DNA from: Amoebophrya sp. A120 | Lineage: Eukaryota > Protista > Dinoflagellata | Assembly: GCA_905178155.1 (NCBI GenBank) | Contig: CAJINV010000004.1 | Span: forward strand, 6,640,933-6,704,932 | Direction of reading: 5' to 3' | DNA length: 64,000 nt | In this document: positions 38,860 to 50,642 of the stretch, one piece after another | How positions within the stretch are numbered: the first letter of the stretch is position 1 | How the letters are laid out: each line of letters begins with the position of its first letter | The notes under the pieces: model-generated | Seen by the model: the letters and a program-made list of their open reading frames with translations, nothing else | The model's database searches: none | What the model was told of the DNA's origin: nothing | Program-made: the position numbers and the translations under genes

Positions 38860-40160
38860 CCCTGCGAGGATTGTCTCGGGCAATCCTTGGCGCCGCTCGA
38901 CGCCGCCGCACGCTGGCAGAAGACGAAAGCCCCCGCCGCTGCGTGGGCGACCCCCGACCCCCATTGACTCCTCGAAAGCGGAGGCCTTTGCCCGGGCTCC
39001 CATCCATCCTGCCGAGGAATCTGGAGGCCGCATGCGGGGCGTGTGGGTGTGTCTTGATTTGCCCGCGGGTGGAGCAAAAGCGGCAGGCGGCCACTTGCTA
39101 GGCGGAGCCATATGGCAAGAGCTCGGCGCGGCTTTTGGGGGCGCAGTTGTTGGCGAAGGGCGCAGCGCCCAAGCCCGGAGCGCTCCGGGTCCGGCCTGCA
39201 GCAGGCCCGGCCCGGCCCGGCGCCAAAGTCCGGGCGGTCCAGTCAGTGGGGCGGCCGGCCAAACGGGGCAAGCAAGGAAGCGCCCGCCCCGCGCGTTGGC
39301 ACAAGGCGCGCGCGTCATAGCCGCGGACGGTGGCGCGCCTAGTGCCACGCATGCCGCCGTGCCCAACGTCGAGGGAGCGCACTCGCGTCCTGTTTGCGGG
39401 GGATTTGAATGCGCTGCGGTGTGATATCGAAGGCGCCGCCATGACCAAGGCCGATTTTGAAGGCAACCCAACCCTATTCCCTCGGTTGTGGTCCTTCGGC
39501 GCGCGGCGGGCACTTAGGTCAATGTGGCCCCGGGCGGTGTTCCTCTTCATTGCGCAGGGCGCGGGCAAGCCCTTGGGGAGGCGGTGGCGAATTCTTTACC
39601 GAAGCGCGCCCCAGTGGAGTGAGAGTGTGTCAACGCGACCGAGTGCCGTCGCGGTCAGCGACGCCCCCGCCCGGTATGCATGAGCGCCGAGGAGCGCGGC
39701 CCCGGCGGGCCGGCCCGCCGGCCCTATCTATCAGACAGGCACGGGGCCTTTCTTTGGGCCTCCGCGCCGATCGCTCGCCCGGCCGGCCGCGACGTGCCCG
39801 GCCAGGGACCCGCCCTTGCCTGTGTTTTCTCTCAGACAGGCAAGCGTGGCCCGGCCCTTCTTCCTCCAGCCCCCCCCGGCACTGCGCTCGGCTAGGGCAG
39901 CCAGGACCGCAGGCACCCCCGGCGCAGCACGCCCGGGTCGCGCCCGGCCAATTCCCGGGAAGTTGCTCCAACCCCCCCCTTTCACCAAAGGGGCGCCAGC
40001 ATGCATGCAGCCCCTCGGCGCCGGGCGGCCGGATCCCGGCGGCTTTTTCGGCCCGGGGGCGACGCGAGAATCCTTCGTGGAAGTCTGAGTCGTGCCGCCC
40101 GCCCGGGCGCACCCACCCGCGTCAGGCAGTGAATTTGGTATCCATATCTCAGATATGGTC
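38860..40160. other. GC-rich, palindrome-rich intergenic island of unknown nature
   Basis: Abrupt switch from AT-rich intergenic DNA to very GC-rich sequence without a credible protein; several inverted repeats and a short direct repeat. Confidence 0.6.
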
Positions 40161-40877
40161 GCGACGCCTATTTCCTGGCAGAAGGTGCAATCTAGACCAT
40201 GCGTGCATGTTGCTGTCTGTTTGGATTCTGTTGCTCGCTGTTCGAAGACAAGATCTGGAATCCTGGTTCGCGAGGCAGGTGGCTACAAGATCGTTGAGCC
40301 GGTCGTCGGACTCTGCAAGATCGTTGAGCGTCCGCGACAGAAATGTTGAGAAATGTTGTATTGCCTTCCATCAGAAGTTTGTGTCTAACAATGCGCCGCT
40401 GCTGTTGTTGACAATACAAGCTAGCAGGATCTTTGGGGGTGCCGCGTGGACTGAGTTGTGGCCTCTGTTTTTTTTTTTTGACTCCTTTATGGAACGACAA
40501 TGTAAATGTATCAACGAGGACGATCAGGCCCAGCATAAGTTTCGTCCATATTCGAGAAGTCTTCACTACTACATTCGCATTTATGACGAGAGTACAACTC
40601 CAGTAGCAGTACCGTTTGGGTAAATACATTACATCATTTTGCGATCCAGAAGAAGTGCCAGTATATATTCGCGGGAACAAGAAATTCCGGACGAAAAAAT
40701 ACCTACAACTACCCAATCCCTATGTGGTTGTGGTTCTCGCGAACATGGACCGCATGCATAGGTTCGTGTGCGTCTCTGATATTCCTACCTTTCTTAGACA
40801 CAAGCCAACAAACAATTTCTATTTCATTCGCTAGTTGCCAGAAAATTTCCATTCACTCAGCGTATTATTACGACACA

Positions 40878-42717
40878 ATGGCAGAGGAGCAGAAGCAAAC
40901 TAAGCCAGAAGCAGCAAAAGTTCAGCCCGAAGCCGAAGCGACAACCACGGAACAAGAGCAAAAAAAAAGCCCAGAGCTTGTTGAGCCGAAGCCGAAGCAG
41001 CAATGGGTAATCACGCTGACCAATCTGTTGGAGTCCGCGCCGAACGCCGAGGCTCCTGCGCTTGCCGAGCAGCTGAACAAATTGGGTTTCACGGAGGTTA
41101 CTACCAAATCGGTGAAGAATAAAATCAAAAGCGACGCCCTGCGGAAGGTGGCGGAAGCCACCGCGGCGTCCCGCTTGGACAAGTTTGAGCAAATGTTGCA
41201 AAAGTACGCGAAAGCCGACGTGGCGCGGGCGTTTGGGTCCCGTCAGCGGTTCCCGCAGACGGGGCAGTGGACGTGGCCCGAGGATGCGTTCTTGGGCAAT
41301 CCGGTGAAAGACCCGTTCCACCCCGCGTCGCCGTTTAAACACCAGCTCCCGAAGAACTTCCTCGAGGTGTTGTCTCCGGACATGTACAAGTACAAGCAGA
41401 TGACCGGCGAGCACGCGCACTGCAAGCACACCAGCCATCTGATGCAGTACCTGCTCCGCGTGGCGGGCGGAGCGCCGAACGGCATCCGACACGCCATCAG
41501 CGCACCGTACTTTGATCCGAAGAAGAAACAGGTGTTCTACTCTTTTGCCGACCAGTTGGGGAGCAAACCGATTACGATGCCGGCTCAAGTGCGTCAGTCG
41601 TTCGAGCAGCGCGGGTGGAAAGTGTTCAAGGATTTTGTCGCCGATGTCGGTGGGTTTTTCGAAGTAGGAGGTCGGGTGACAGAACAAGAGGAGCAAAAAA
41701 CTACAACTACGCCTTCGGCTGCAGCTTTCACTCCCACGATCGACACACTGATTCTGGACTTGGACACCTTCGGCTACGCTTTCGGCAACAACACCGGGCA
41801 CGGGATGCTGATTTTCAAGCTGAAAGTGAACCAGGAAAAAACGCTGTTTCGCGTCGTACACATATCAAGGGCAAAAATGCCTGGGTCTGGAAGAATGCAA
41901 GTTTGTCATGCTTGTCCCGCATGACTCTTGAATCTGTCATGTATGAGCAGGAAAGCAGCCTCTTACCTGTCATGCAAAAACGCAGTTTGTCATGCGGGAA
42001 GCGAAGACCATAGGAGCTCAGAAACTTGTCATGTGTGGCTGCGTAACGCAGTGCGCCCACCATGCACAAACCAGCATCACCTGTAGTTTCCAGACCCAGA
42101 CACTTTTGCAGATGATGACACAGTTTCGCGCACAAGTTTTCGCTGGACCAGTGGATGTATCAAATGCAAAAATGTTTGGGTCTGGAAGGATGCGAACTTG
42201 TGATGCGTACTTGGATCATCACACAAAAATATGTCATGCTTAGACAGCAAAGGGAGCTCCTTTTCCTGTCGCCGATAGAAGGTGTTTGTCATGCGGATTA
42301 AGCATTGGGAAGCCGTCTCAAAACCTGTGATGCTAGGCCTTGCATGGCACACCTTCTGTGTCAAGCAGACACAGCAGCACAAACGTCAGCAATCTTCCAG
42401 ACCCAGACACTCTTGCAATGTATAGGATGCAGACGAGTGCGTGGCTCACGGTCGCGGAGGCGCAGAAGTACTGGGAGGAGGGGATCAAGCCGTTTGTCTT
42501 TTCCCGCGCGGACGAGAAGGAAAAGGCGAAAGCGGCTTTTTCCGTTCTGTTTCAGGAGTTTGTGGAACCAGAATTCGACACCGTAAGCTGGGACCAGCGC
42601 AAGGGCTTTTCGAACGGGCAGAGCCTCAGCGTCAGCAGGGTCGACGCCGTGGGGTATGAGAAGTTTGTGGAAGACGTGTTACCGCGGTTTTATGACGCGT
42701 TCGCGGGGTTGCAGTAG
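40878..42717 (+). CDS. Hypothetical protein (~435 aa), 2 introners
   Basis: Exons 40878-41862, 42123-42157, 42430-42717 (1308 nt, in frame); GC3-rich codons; no family recognised. Confidence 0.7.
41863..42117. mobile_element. Introner family A
   Basis: Family A TIRs (ends ATG); TSD ACACA/ACACA. Confidence 0.9.
42158..42424. mobile_element. Introner family A
   Basis: Family A TIRs; TSD GGATG/GGATG. Confidence 0.92.
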
Positions 42718-43531
42718 AAGAGGGAAGTCGTACGTTGAGCGGCTTGGATAGGTATTTAGATGATGATGTCCTGCCTCTGAGCAAGTAGAGTGTGACAGGC
42801 GGTTGCACATGACACTTCAAAACGACCGCGAAAAAGATACAACTCTGTGCACCACAACATAAGTATTTTGAATTGAAATTCGAATGCGTCAATTTCTTGA
42901 TATTCCTAAAGGCATGAGCACAACAAGGGTCGTTGTCCATAGTGACCTCGATAGTACATGACAATTCGATTCTTGGTTGCGATCTTCGATATTAACGAAA
43001 GCAGCCTATTGGATTTGGTCAAGCGAAGATGAGAAGCCGAGACGAAAACCTAAACCCGTTCTTTTTTTTCTGAAAAATAAAAATTCATGGCGCAGCACAA
43101 GCGGTCAACTCGTCTCATACGAAGGAACGCGAGGATGCGGGGTCATTCCGCCCTTTTGGATAGTGTTCTTCTACGGTAGCCGGTTCATCACGAGGTGTAC
43201 GTCTGGCTCTCTCCACTTGTTCGGACGCGGGAGTCATTGCTTTCTCGTGTCAAATTAATACTTCCTCGCGCCCTCGGTGCTCCCTCGTAGTAAAGTGCGA
43301 TTCTGTGGTCTGCGGTTACTCTTTCTCTTAAAGCTAAAGATTCCGAAGCCGTGCTAAGAATAAATGTTGTACTAGAATCTTCTGTCGCTAGTTCTTGTTT
43401 TGTATATTGAGTTGATCCTGTTTACTGTTCTTGCGAAGAAATAAGTCTCTTCGTCTCGTTCTCGGTGCAGATATAATTATCATCTCGACTGCTCCAGACA
43501 CCTCAACTTCGTGGAAGACAAGAATGCTCTG

Positions 43532-46500
43532 ATGGCTTATCATTTTTCACCCTTCATCAAGATCTCCAACACTTCTACTAACGTTGTTCTGCTTTTCCTC
43601 CTTCGTCTCCTGTCCTGCGTGTTTTTGATCCTCAGTTGCAACGACCCGCAGACCACCCTCCCCGTGCGCGCCGCCCCCATCTGGGAAGAGGAACAGGGCC
43701 TGGCTTTTCTGTACGCAAACGAGACACACAACCGGCATGAGCTCCTGCGCCGCACTATCGCGGGGAAAAATTCCCCCTCCCCATATCGAAAAGGTACGTC
43801 GCAGACAATTTGTAATGCTGATTTGGGACCACAAATCATCTCTGTCTTGCAAGAAGGCAACTCCACAGGCTCCGCCGCATTATGCAGGCGGTTTGTGATG
43901 CTGTCTGGCCTAGCTATAGCGCACACGTTTCTCATGCTAAGCGCCTAGGTCAAAACCTCTCTACTCAGGTTTGGCGTGGCCCTGCAGTCCTCTTCAGCAA
44001 GACAAATCTGACTTGTGTACGCAAATCCAGCAACACAGACTTCGTCTCGATATGGGGAGGGGGGATTTTTCATTTTGATACGCACGCAGGCGTTGGTCCG
44101 CCAGCAGATGGGCCGGGACCGCAGAATTTACTGGCTCACCGTGGAGCAGCGCTTCGCCCGGCAGCAGCGAAAGCGGGAGTTGCTCCAGCGAATCTACACA
44201 CAGGACTGGAAAAATCGCATTTTTGAGAATGGTCAGGAAGAGAAAGAACAACAGCGTCAGGAGGAGCGAGATAAGTCGCTCCGTTCGCACAGCCATTTAT
44301 CTACAGCTGAAATTGCGGAGCTATACACCGACGCGCCGACCGCTGCCGAGGAGTTTGAGTTTCAGAAAAACGCCTTCCTCGCGCAACACGGGGACATCCA
44401 CGATGGCAGCAGTACGTCTAGCACGACGAGGACTTCATCAGATTCAGCAGCAGGCACGGTGGAACAAGAACGGCCTCATCTTGACAATGCTGCAGCTACT
44501 ACAGGAACGACCAATAGTGCGCCGTCAAAGCTGTCCGCAATGAAGGCGACGCTGGGGCGTGACGAAAGAGATAGTTCTTCTGCCGGCAGCACGTCATCTG
44601 TCGTACTAGCAGAGAGTACCAGAATTCCGGACCACGGAGATGCGACTACAAGCGAGGAGCAGCTCGCGCGCTACGGCGGGGCGAAACGCGCGAGAAGTAC
44701 TTCTGCTGCAAACGGAGCTGCGAATAAAGCCAGTGGGGTACTAGGTCCTACATCAAATACTGCAACTACAGGTACTTCTAACCAGAAACCATTTTCCGGC
44801 ACTACTTCTTCTACTCCTGCAGTAGATCCCGACCAGTACCTCCGGCTCCTCCAACAGCGTCCTCCGGGGCTCGTATGCATTGCAATCATGTCTGGGTCTG
44901 GGAGGCTGGGACTTGTGATGCAGACTCTGGAACACACAAGAATTTGTGTTGCATGAGCGCCAAAAGCTGCCCAAGTACAGAGTTTCGCATGCAAGACAGG
45001 CATCCTGAGGCGTGCTCAAAACCTCTGATGCTTTTGCCTGCATCAGACACCATTTTCGTGATCCGAAATATGCACGACAAATCTCGCAACCCCAGACATA
45101 TTTGCATTTGATAGCTCGTGTCTGGCTACAAGAACGAGCACCGAGTCGAAATCGACGGGCACAAGCTCACCTTTTGCGGGCTGGACCAGCTCTGTCTCGG
45201 CAGCGCCTGCGAGTACGCGGGCGGGAATATCTATGGATGTGTCAGGTTTGAAATCGTCAAAGTTGAAATAGTTTGTCATGCATAAAACGGACACCAGTTA
45301 GGCCTGCAGTTTGTAGTCGGTGCATGACAAATTTTCCCGGTCCTGGAAGCGAGTCTGTCACGCGGTTTAGGGCAAAAGAGCTGCCTTCTGTCATGCTAAC
45401 CAGCAGCCCAATTCTTGACCCTTACCAGCACTAGAATCTGCCTCCCTTGCGCATTCTGCAATAGAGTCAGTCTTTGTGTCGCATTTTATGCATGACAAAC
45501 CATTTCAACTTTGAGGATTTCAATCCTGACACATCCATAATATCACGTCGGACGGGACGGTTTGGGTCGGACAGGACTCGGTATCAAATGCAAAAATGTC
45601 TGGGTCCGGAAGGTAACCAGGTTTGTCATGCATATTTTGCATGACCCATGATGCTTGGAAAGCATGGCCTAGCATCACAGACTTGTGGAGCGCATCCTGA
45701 TGGCTGTCCCGCATGACAAATGCCCTTCCCGCGTAGTACAAAGTGAGGTCCTCTTTCTGGTCATGCAATACAAATGTTTTTAGGATCCGAAGATAGCATC
45801 ACAAGTTGCAACCTTCCAGACCCAGACATTTTTGCATTTGATACTCGGTTGCTTGGTACAACGAAACCTCCTGTGGCCGGTTTTGTAGCTGCAAGTCCAT
45901 TTCGAATCACGTTGAGGAACTAGAAAAAGAGAGACAGAACGACCGCAAGCAGCCGGTCGTGGTCGTAGATTACAGTGGCCACGGGGCTGACGGTCTCTTC
46001 GAGTACCCTTCAACATCTACCTCCGCCGACGAAATAAACTCAGACCAAATAAACCTCCGCCGCCTGATCACCAAGGAGCAAAACTTGCAATCCGAGAACA
46101 CGTGGCGGATTGCGCACAAAACCGACGGGTGCGGCGGCACGATCATCCCGACGCGGACGATCTTTCTCAACCGACCGATGATGAGTGGCCACCTCGGCTA
46201 CGGATCCCGGATCAACACCTGGCTCCGGGTCACCAACCTCGCCATCCACGTGGGCCACGGGTTCCAGTTGTCCCAGCACTCCTGTCCGGTGGAGCACCGC
46301 GGCCACCCGCACTGCTTCTTCCTATGAACTGCAGGAGTATCGTATTCGTATTGCAATCATGCATTGCAAATCTTTTTCTTGAGGTAAACCCGCATTACAA
46401 ATTTTCTTTCTCATGCTGAGGAAATTTGTAATGCATTTATACGAGTACGATCGATACTTTTGCAATGCATACTTCCAGCCGGCCAGCAAGTGCGGGCGCC

Positions 46501-49500
46501 AGTTCCGCACCATGAACAGCGACGGGTGGGTATCACACAGAAAAAAGCTAGCAGGGCATATTTGTAATGCAAAAATAAATACACAAAAAATGCATATCCG
46601 AAACAGCATGCTATGGGGCCACCCATAGCAAATTTTTTTGTGTACTTATTTTTGCATTACAAATATGCCCTGTCAGCTTTTTTGTTTTTCTCTGGGATAG
46701 TCGGTCTTCGAACCGGATTACTACGCGGCCTGCCGGTATGGAAGCGTCAGGTTTGAAATCGACAAAGCTGAAATGATTTGTCATGCATAAAATGCAAGGC
46801 ATGAAGCGCCTGTCTTGCCGGGATGGCAAGCGAGGCCGACCGTCAGCCTGTTTAGGGTTTGAAATAGAGCTGCTAAAGTGGCATGACAACAGCAGTCGCT
46901 TGTGCCCAAACAGCATGACAAATTGGATTCCGGTGCTCGGAAAATTTGTCATGCACCGCTTGGAAATTGGGCTTCCAGTTCCAACTGGCATCGATTTTGT
47001 GCATTACAAGTTATTTCAACTTTGACGATTTCAATCCTGACGCTTCCATAGCCGGTTCTTGCTGGGGGAACAAGCCCCGCGGGAGGAGATGGACGTGTGT
47101 TCGCGGGACGAACTGTACATGTACCGGGCGATTGCGCGCCGCGTGTTGAAGGTGCAGCCGGACGTTTTACACGTGATTCTGGAGAAGTACATCTTGTCCT
47201 CGGAAAACCTGAAGCAGTACCGGTTTGTATTACAGTGAAAAGTGCCCCCCACCCCTAAATTGCAGAAATTTGTAATGCGAAGTTTCCAAATGAAAACTTT
47301 TTGCCATGCATGAAAGGAGTGTGAATCTTTCTGATGCAGAATGTAGGCGCGTATCGCATCGCTTGCATGACAAGTGCCGCTCTTGCTGGGGTCTTTTGCA
47401 ATACAAACTTTTGCTATTCACGATTGAAAACCTGTGACGCTGATAGATGCAAGAGGGCGAGTGTTTCATTTGGAAAGGTTTGCAATACAAATGCTCCCAA
47501 GTTCGGGGGTGGAGGCATTTTTCATTGTAATAGTTTGCAGACTTGGTGAACAAGCAGGTGGGACGAGATTTTACTACTGCAACTCAGCAGGATCATCATG
47601 TCGTGGGGCAGCAGAAGCAACATCAGGAGAGTGGTGATAGGATGTTGATGGCCGCCAAGAACGTGGTCGGTGTAGCTGGTCGTGTAGCATCCTCAAGAAC
47701 AGAGGGTGGTACACTTTCTACAACCGCAGAAGTACAAGTGTCCTCGAACTATAACGATTTCCATTCCTGGGTGGGGGTCTTGGAAGAAGCTGGAACTACT
47801 ACCGACGACGCGCACCACGAAGAAGACCCGTCTTTCGTGGTGGACACGAAAAGTAGTAGAACAGGCGGGATTTCATCTACGACAACAGAGCTGCAAGGCG
47901 ATGTTGACCAAATTTTCCAAGACGCCGTGGTGCTGCGTCCGTTCGCCGGGATGCATATTCGATCAACGGACAACGTTGGCCGCTTTCGGCACGGGGTTTG
48001 CCACTACGCCGACAAGCTGGAGCTGATGATGCGATTTTACTCTCCGGATCGAAAGGAAAGGGAGCGGTTGCTGAAGACGCCCGGCGGGTGGCACAACAGC
48101 CTGGAACGGCTGTATGAGGACGGAAGTATAAACTTGCACTTAATTTATTTTTTTGGGCTCTTGTGATGTAGAAAAGAACGAGGAATTCAGACTCGCTTCT
48201 CAGTCTGCATTGACTGACGTCACTTGTTCGGAGTACCGTTAAAAGTAGTTTGATCGATCATGGTCGAAAACTTGAGAAGCTTCTATGAGCTTATGCCAAA
48301 TAATTCTAAAAGTAAATGTTCAAGTAAAACAGTATCTATTTCTCCAGATCTGAACCCGTATTCCATGCACGTGAAGAAGAAGAAGGAGTTCAGCATGACG
48401 GAATTGCTGGAGGGCCGCTACAAGGGCGAATCGGATTACGAAGATTTGCAGCATAAGGAACTGAAGGCGCGTAACAAGGTCGCTTCCGTAATGGACGACA
48501 CCACGTCCGAGGTGGACCGCTTGCGCAATTTGCGCGAATTCCGAAGTACACACAAGGAAAAGACGTTGAACAGGGCTGAGCAGCAAGACGGGGGTGCAGC
48601 ACACGATACTACAACTACAGCCGAGAGAACTTCTGAAGACGAAGTACAAGAAAAACCACCTGAAGCGGAGCAGGAAGAAGAAAACGACGACGAGGAGCTC
48701 GAGGAGAGGGTGTATTTCGACAAGAGTAGCAACTCTACCACAACTTGGCAGCTGCCGACGAAGATCCGGACCGTCTTTGTGGCGACCGACAACTGCACAA
48801 AGCTCGTGGATTTCCAAATATGCTCCAGAAAAAGACCGACAGGTCATATTTGTAATGCAAAAATAAATAGACAAAAAAATCTGTATTGCATGCCCTAAAC
48901 AGGATGCTATGGCCTCGCCCATGACAGATTTTCCTGTGTATTTATTTTTGCATTACAAATATGCCCTGCCTGCTTTTTTCTGTGGGATACCAAAACTGTG
49001 ATGCGTACAAGAGGAACAGATGGACGCTCGCGTCGTTTTGTCGACGGGAAGATGGTCCTCGTGGTGAGCTTTCTGGGGGTCGCGATCAAGAAGATCGTGC
49101 AAGTGATACAACAACTCAAACGAACAGAGGTACGACTAAGGCAGCGGTAATATCCGACAGTGCGGTGTTCTTTCAGGGGCACCAGAACGATCAGGACCGA
49201 CGAGGAGGGCTCCCACCAGAAGTGGCAGGGGAAAATAAAGGACCACACGAGCAGGACCAACATCAGAGCAGTACCAGACCTGCCGAGCAGCAACCGCACA
49301 ACGCCGACAGTACAACTTCTAGTGCGTCGACGGAGTTGGTTGACCAGCTGGTGAGCGGCGAAGTGGATTTATCCGAGGCAGAAAACATCCTATCAAATGC
49401 AAATATGTCTGGGTCTGGAAGAATGCAAGTTTGTCATGCTTGTCTGACATGACTCGAGTAGAGTCTGTGTTGCATAGGCACGAAAAGGCCCTCTTACCTG

Positions 49501-49862
49501 TCATGCAAAAACGCAGTTTGCCGCACGGAATACGAATACGTAAGACATGGCAGCGTGTTGCAGTGCGTATTTGTCTATCATTCACTTTTAGCATTACAAT
49601 ACAAGTTTCCAGACCCAGACATATTTGCAGTTCATACATCCACCACACGGCCAAAATGCTCGCGGAGTCCGAGTGGAGTCACCCGAAGCGCGGGACCGGC
49701 GCGGAAGACCTCTACCGACTCTGGGCGGAGGTGATTCTGCTCACGAAGGCTACTTTTGCGGTCGGCACGTTCTCCAGCAACTTGTCGCGATTGGTGCAGG
49801 TGTTGCGCCAGCAGCCGCAGAACACGATGCTGTCGTTGGACATGAGGTGGAAACCGGGCTGA
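43532..49862 (+). CDS. Alpha-1,6-fucosyltransferase-like protein (FUT8/GT23 family) with N-terminal signal anchor (~1189 aa); 10 introners + 1 GT-AG intron
   Basis: Exons 43532-43755, 44086-44873, 45119-45231, 45545-45581, 45849-46322, 46477-46530, 46705-46736, 47056-47227, 47538-48125, ~48348-48818, 48995-49390, 49642-49862 (3570 nt). Motifs GYGSRINTW, CFFQPASKC, GMHIRSTDN, VFVATDN, EVILLTKATFAVGTFSSNLSRLV match FUT8 motifs (GYGCQ, FRPVSETC, GVHVRRTDK, VYLATDD, LVCTFSSQVCRV). Confidence 0.82.
43756..44080. mobile_element. Introner family B
   Basis: CCCCCTCCCCATATCGA/TCGATATGGGGAGGGGG TIRs; TSD CGCAC/CGCAC; opposite orientation to 1065-1439. Confidence 0.9.
44874..45113. mobile_element. Introner family A
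   Basis: Family A TIRs; TSD GCTCG/GCTCG. Confidence 0.9.
45232..45539. mobile_element. Introner family C
   Basis: TIR TATGGATGTGTCAGGTTTGAAATCGTCAAAGTTGAAAT/ATTTCAACTTTGAGGATTTCAATCCTGACACATCCATA; TSD ATATC/ATATC. Confidence 0.92.
45582..45843. mobile_element. Introner family A
   Basis: Family A TIRs; TSD CTCGG/CTCGG. Confidence 0.92.
46323..46471. mobile_element. Introner family D
   Basis: TATGAACTGCAGGAGTATCG/CGATACTTTTGCAATGCATA; TSD CTTCC/CTTCC; splits the CFF|QPASKC motif. Confidence 0.9.
46531..46699. mobile_element. Introner family F
   Basis: CAGGGCATATTTGTAATGCAAAAATAA/TTATTTTTGCATTACAAATATGCCCTG TIRs; TSD GTGGG/GTCGG. Confidence 0.9.
46737..47050. mobile_element. Introner family C
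   Basis: TIR TATGGAAGCGTCAGG/CCTGACGCTTCCATA; TSD GCCGG/GCCGG. Confidence 0.92.
47228..47532. mobile_element. Introner family J (single copy here)
   Basis: TIR TATTACAGTGAAAAGTGCCCCCCACCCC/GGGGTGGAGGCATTTTTCATTGTAATA; TSD GTTTG/GTTTG. Confidence 0.9.
48819..48989. mobile_element. Introner family F
   Basis: Family F TIRs; TSD CCAAA/CCAAA. Confidence 0.9.
49391..49636. mobile_element. Introner family A
   Basis: Family A TIRs; TSD CATCC/CATCC. Confidence 0.92.
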
Positions 49863-50642
49863 TGACTCTGTCCTGTATTTTTCGGCAAGAACGGCAACAA
49901 CCACGTACGGATCATCTTTAGCGGACGAAGAACATCGCGCGGAGTTGACAAGAAACCTCATCCGTGTTCTTGTAGGAGCGCATAAGCGTGTTGTATTCTA
50001 GAACCACATAAGTTTGAATTTCGAGCCGGCCGTGATAAAAACGGTGTCACGTCGATTCGGCTCCTTTTGATTCAGCTCTAAACTATCTGTGTTTCGCTCC
50101 TCCGTGAAGATGTCCATATTTTTACAAAGAGTTGTCGGTTCCACGTCATCTACATCTGTTTTCATCGTCCTGGAAAAAGTGACCCATTCGTGCGAAGAGA
50201 AGAACAGAGAGGATCGGTTTCGTGCGAAAAAACAAGCTGCCTCGGTATAAGAATAAGAACCACACAGCATGAGCAACATCATTCGATACCGTTCGCGTTC
50301 TTTCCCTCATCGTCCTATGACAACTACTAACTTTTATTTCGTATGTGCGTACTTAGCTTACTCTTGAGATGAAAGAGGAAGAGCGTCCTCGTGAGTTGAC
50401 AATTATTGAACTCTTTTTCTTGCCTTCTGGTTTTCAGGAACTGTGCTACGAGCAGGCATCCCCTTTAAAAGAGCGTAGCACCACGGCACCCTCCTGTTCA
50501 AACAATTGCCCCAACCAAAATCATAGTCGACCTGAAATAATTATGAAATAGTAAAATAAAAAATGTAAGTAGAAGTACTGCGACAGAGACATCCATTCGA
50601 AATCGAATTTTTGTTCCAACTCCAGCACCTAACCACGAATCT

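Noticed and set aside
40078-40158. GGAAGTCTGAG resembling the conserved region I of eukaryotic RNase P RNA
   Set aside because: No matching conserved region V at a plausible distance; the nearby CTCAGAT belongs to a local palindrome. Needs a covariance-model search before any claim.
38611-40623. Long ORFs 38611-39513 (-), 38690-39424 (+) and 39457-40623 (+)
   Set aside because: Arg/Pro/Gly/Ala-rich translations open on both strands, as expected from stop-poor GC-rich DNA; no recognisable domain or codon pattern.
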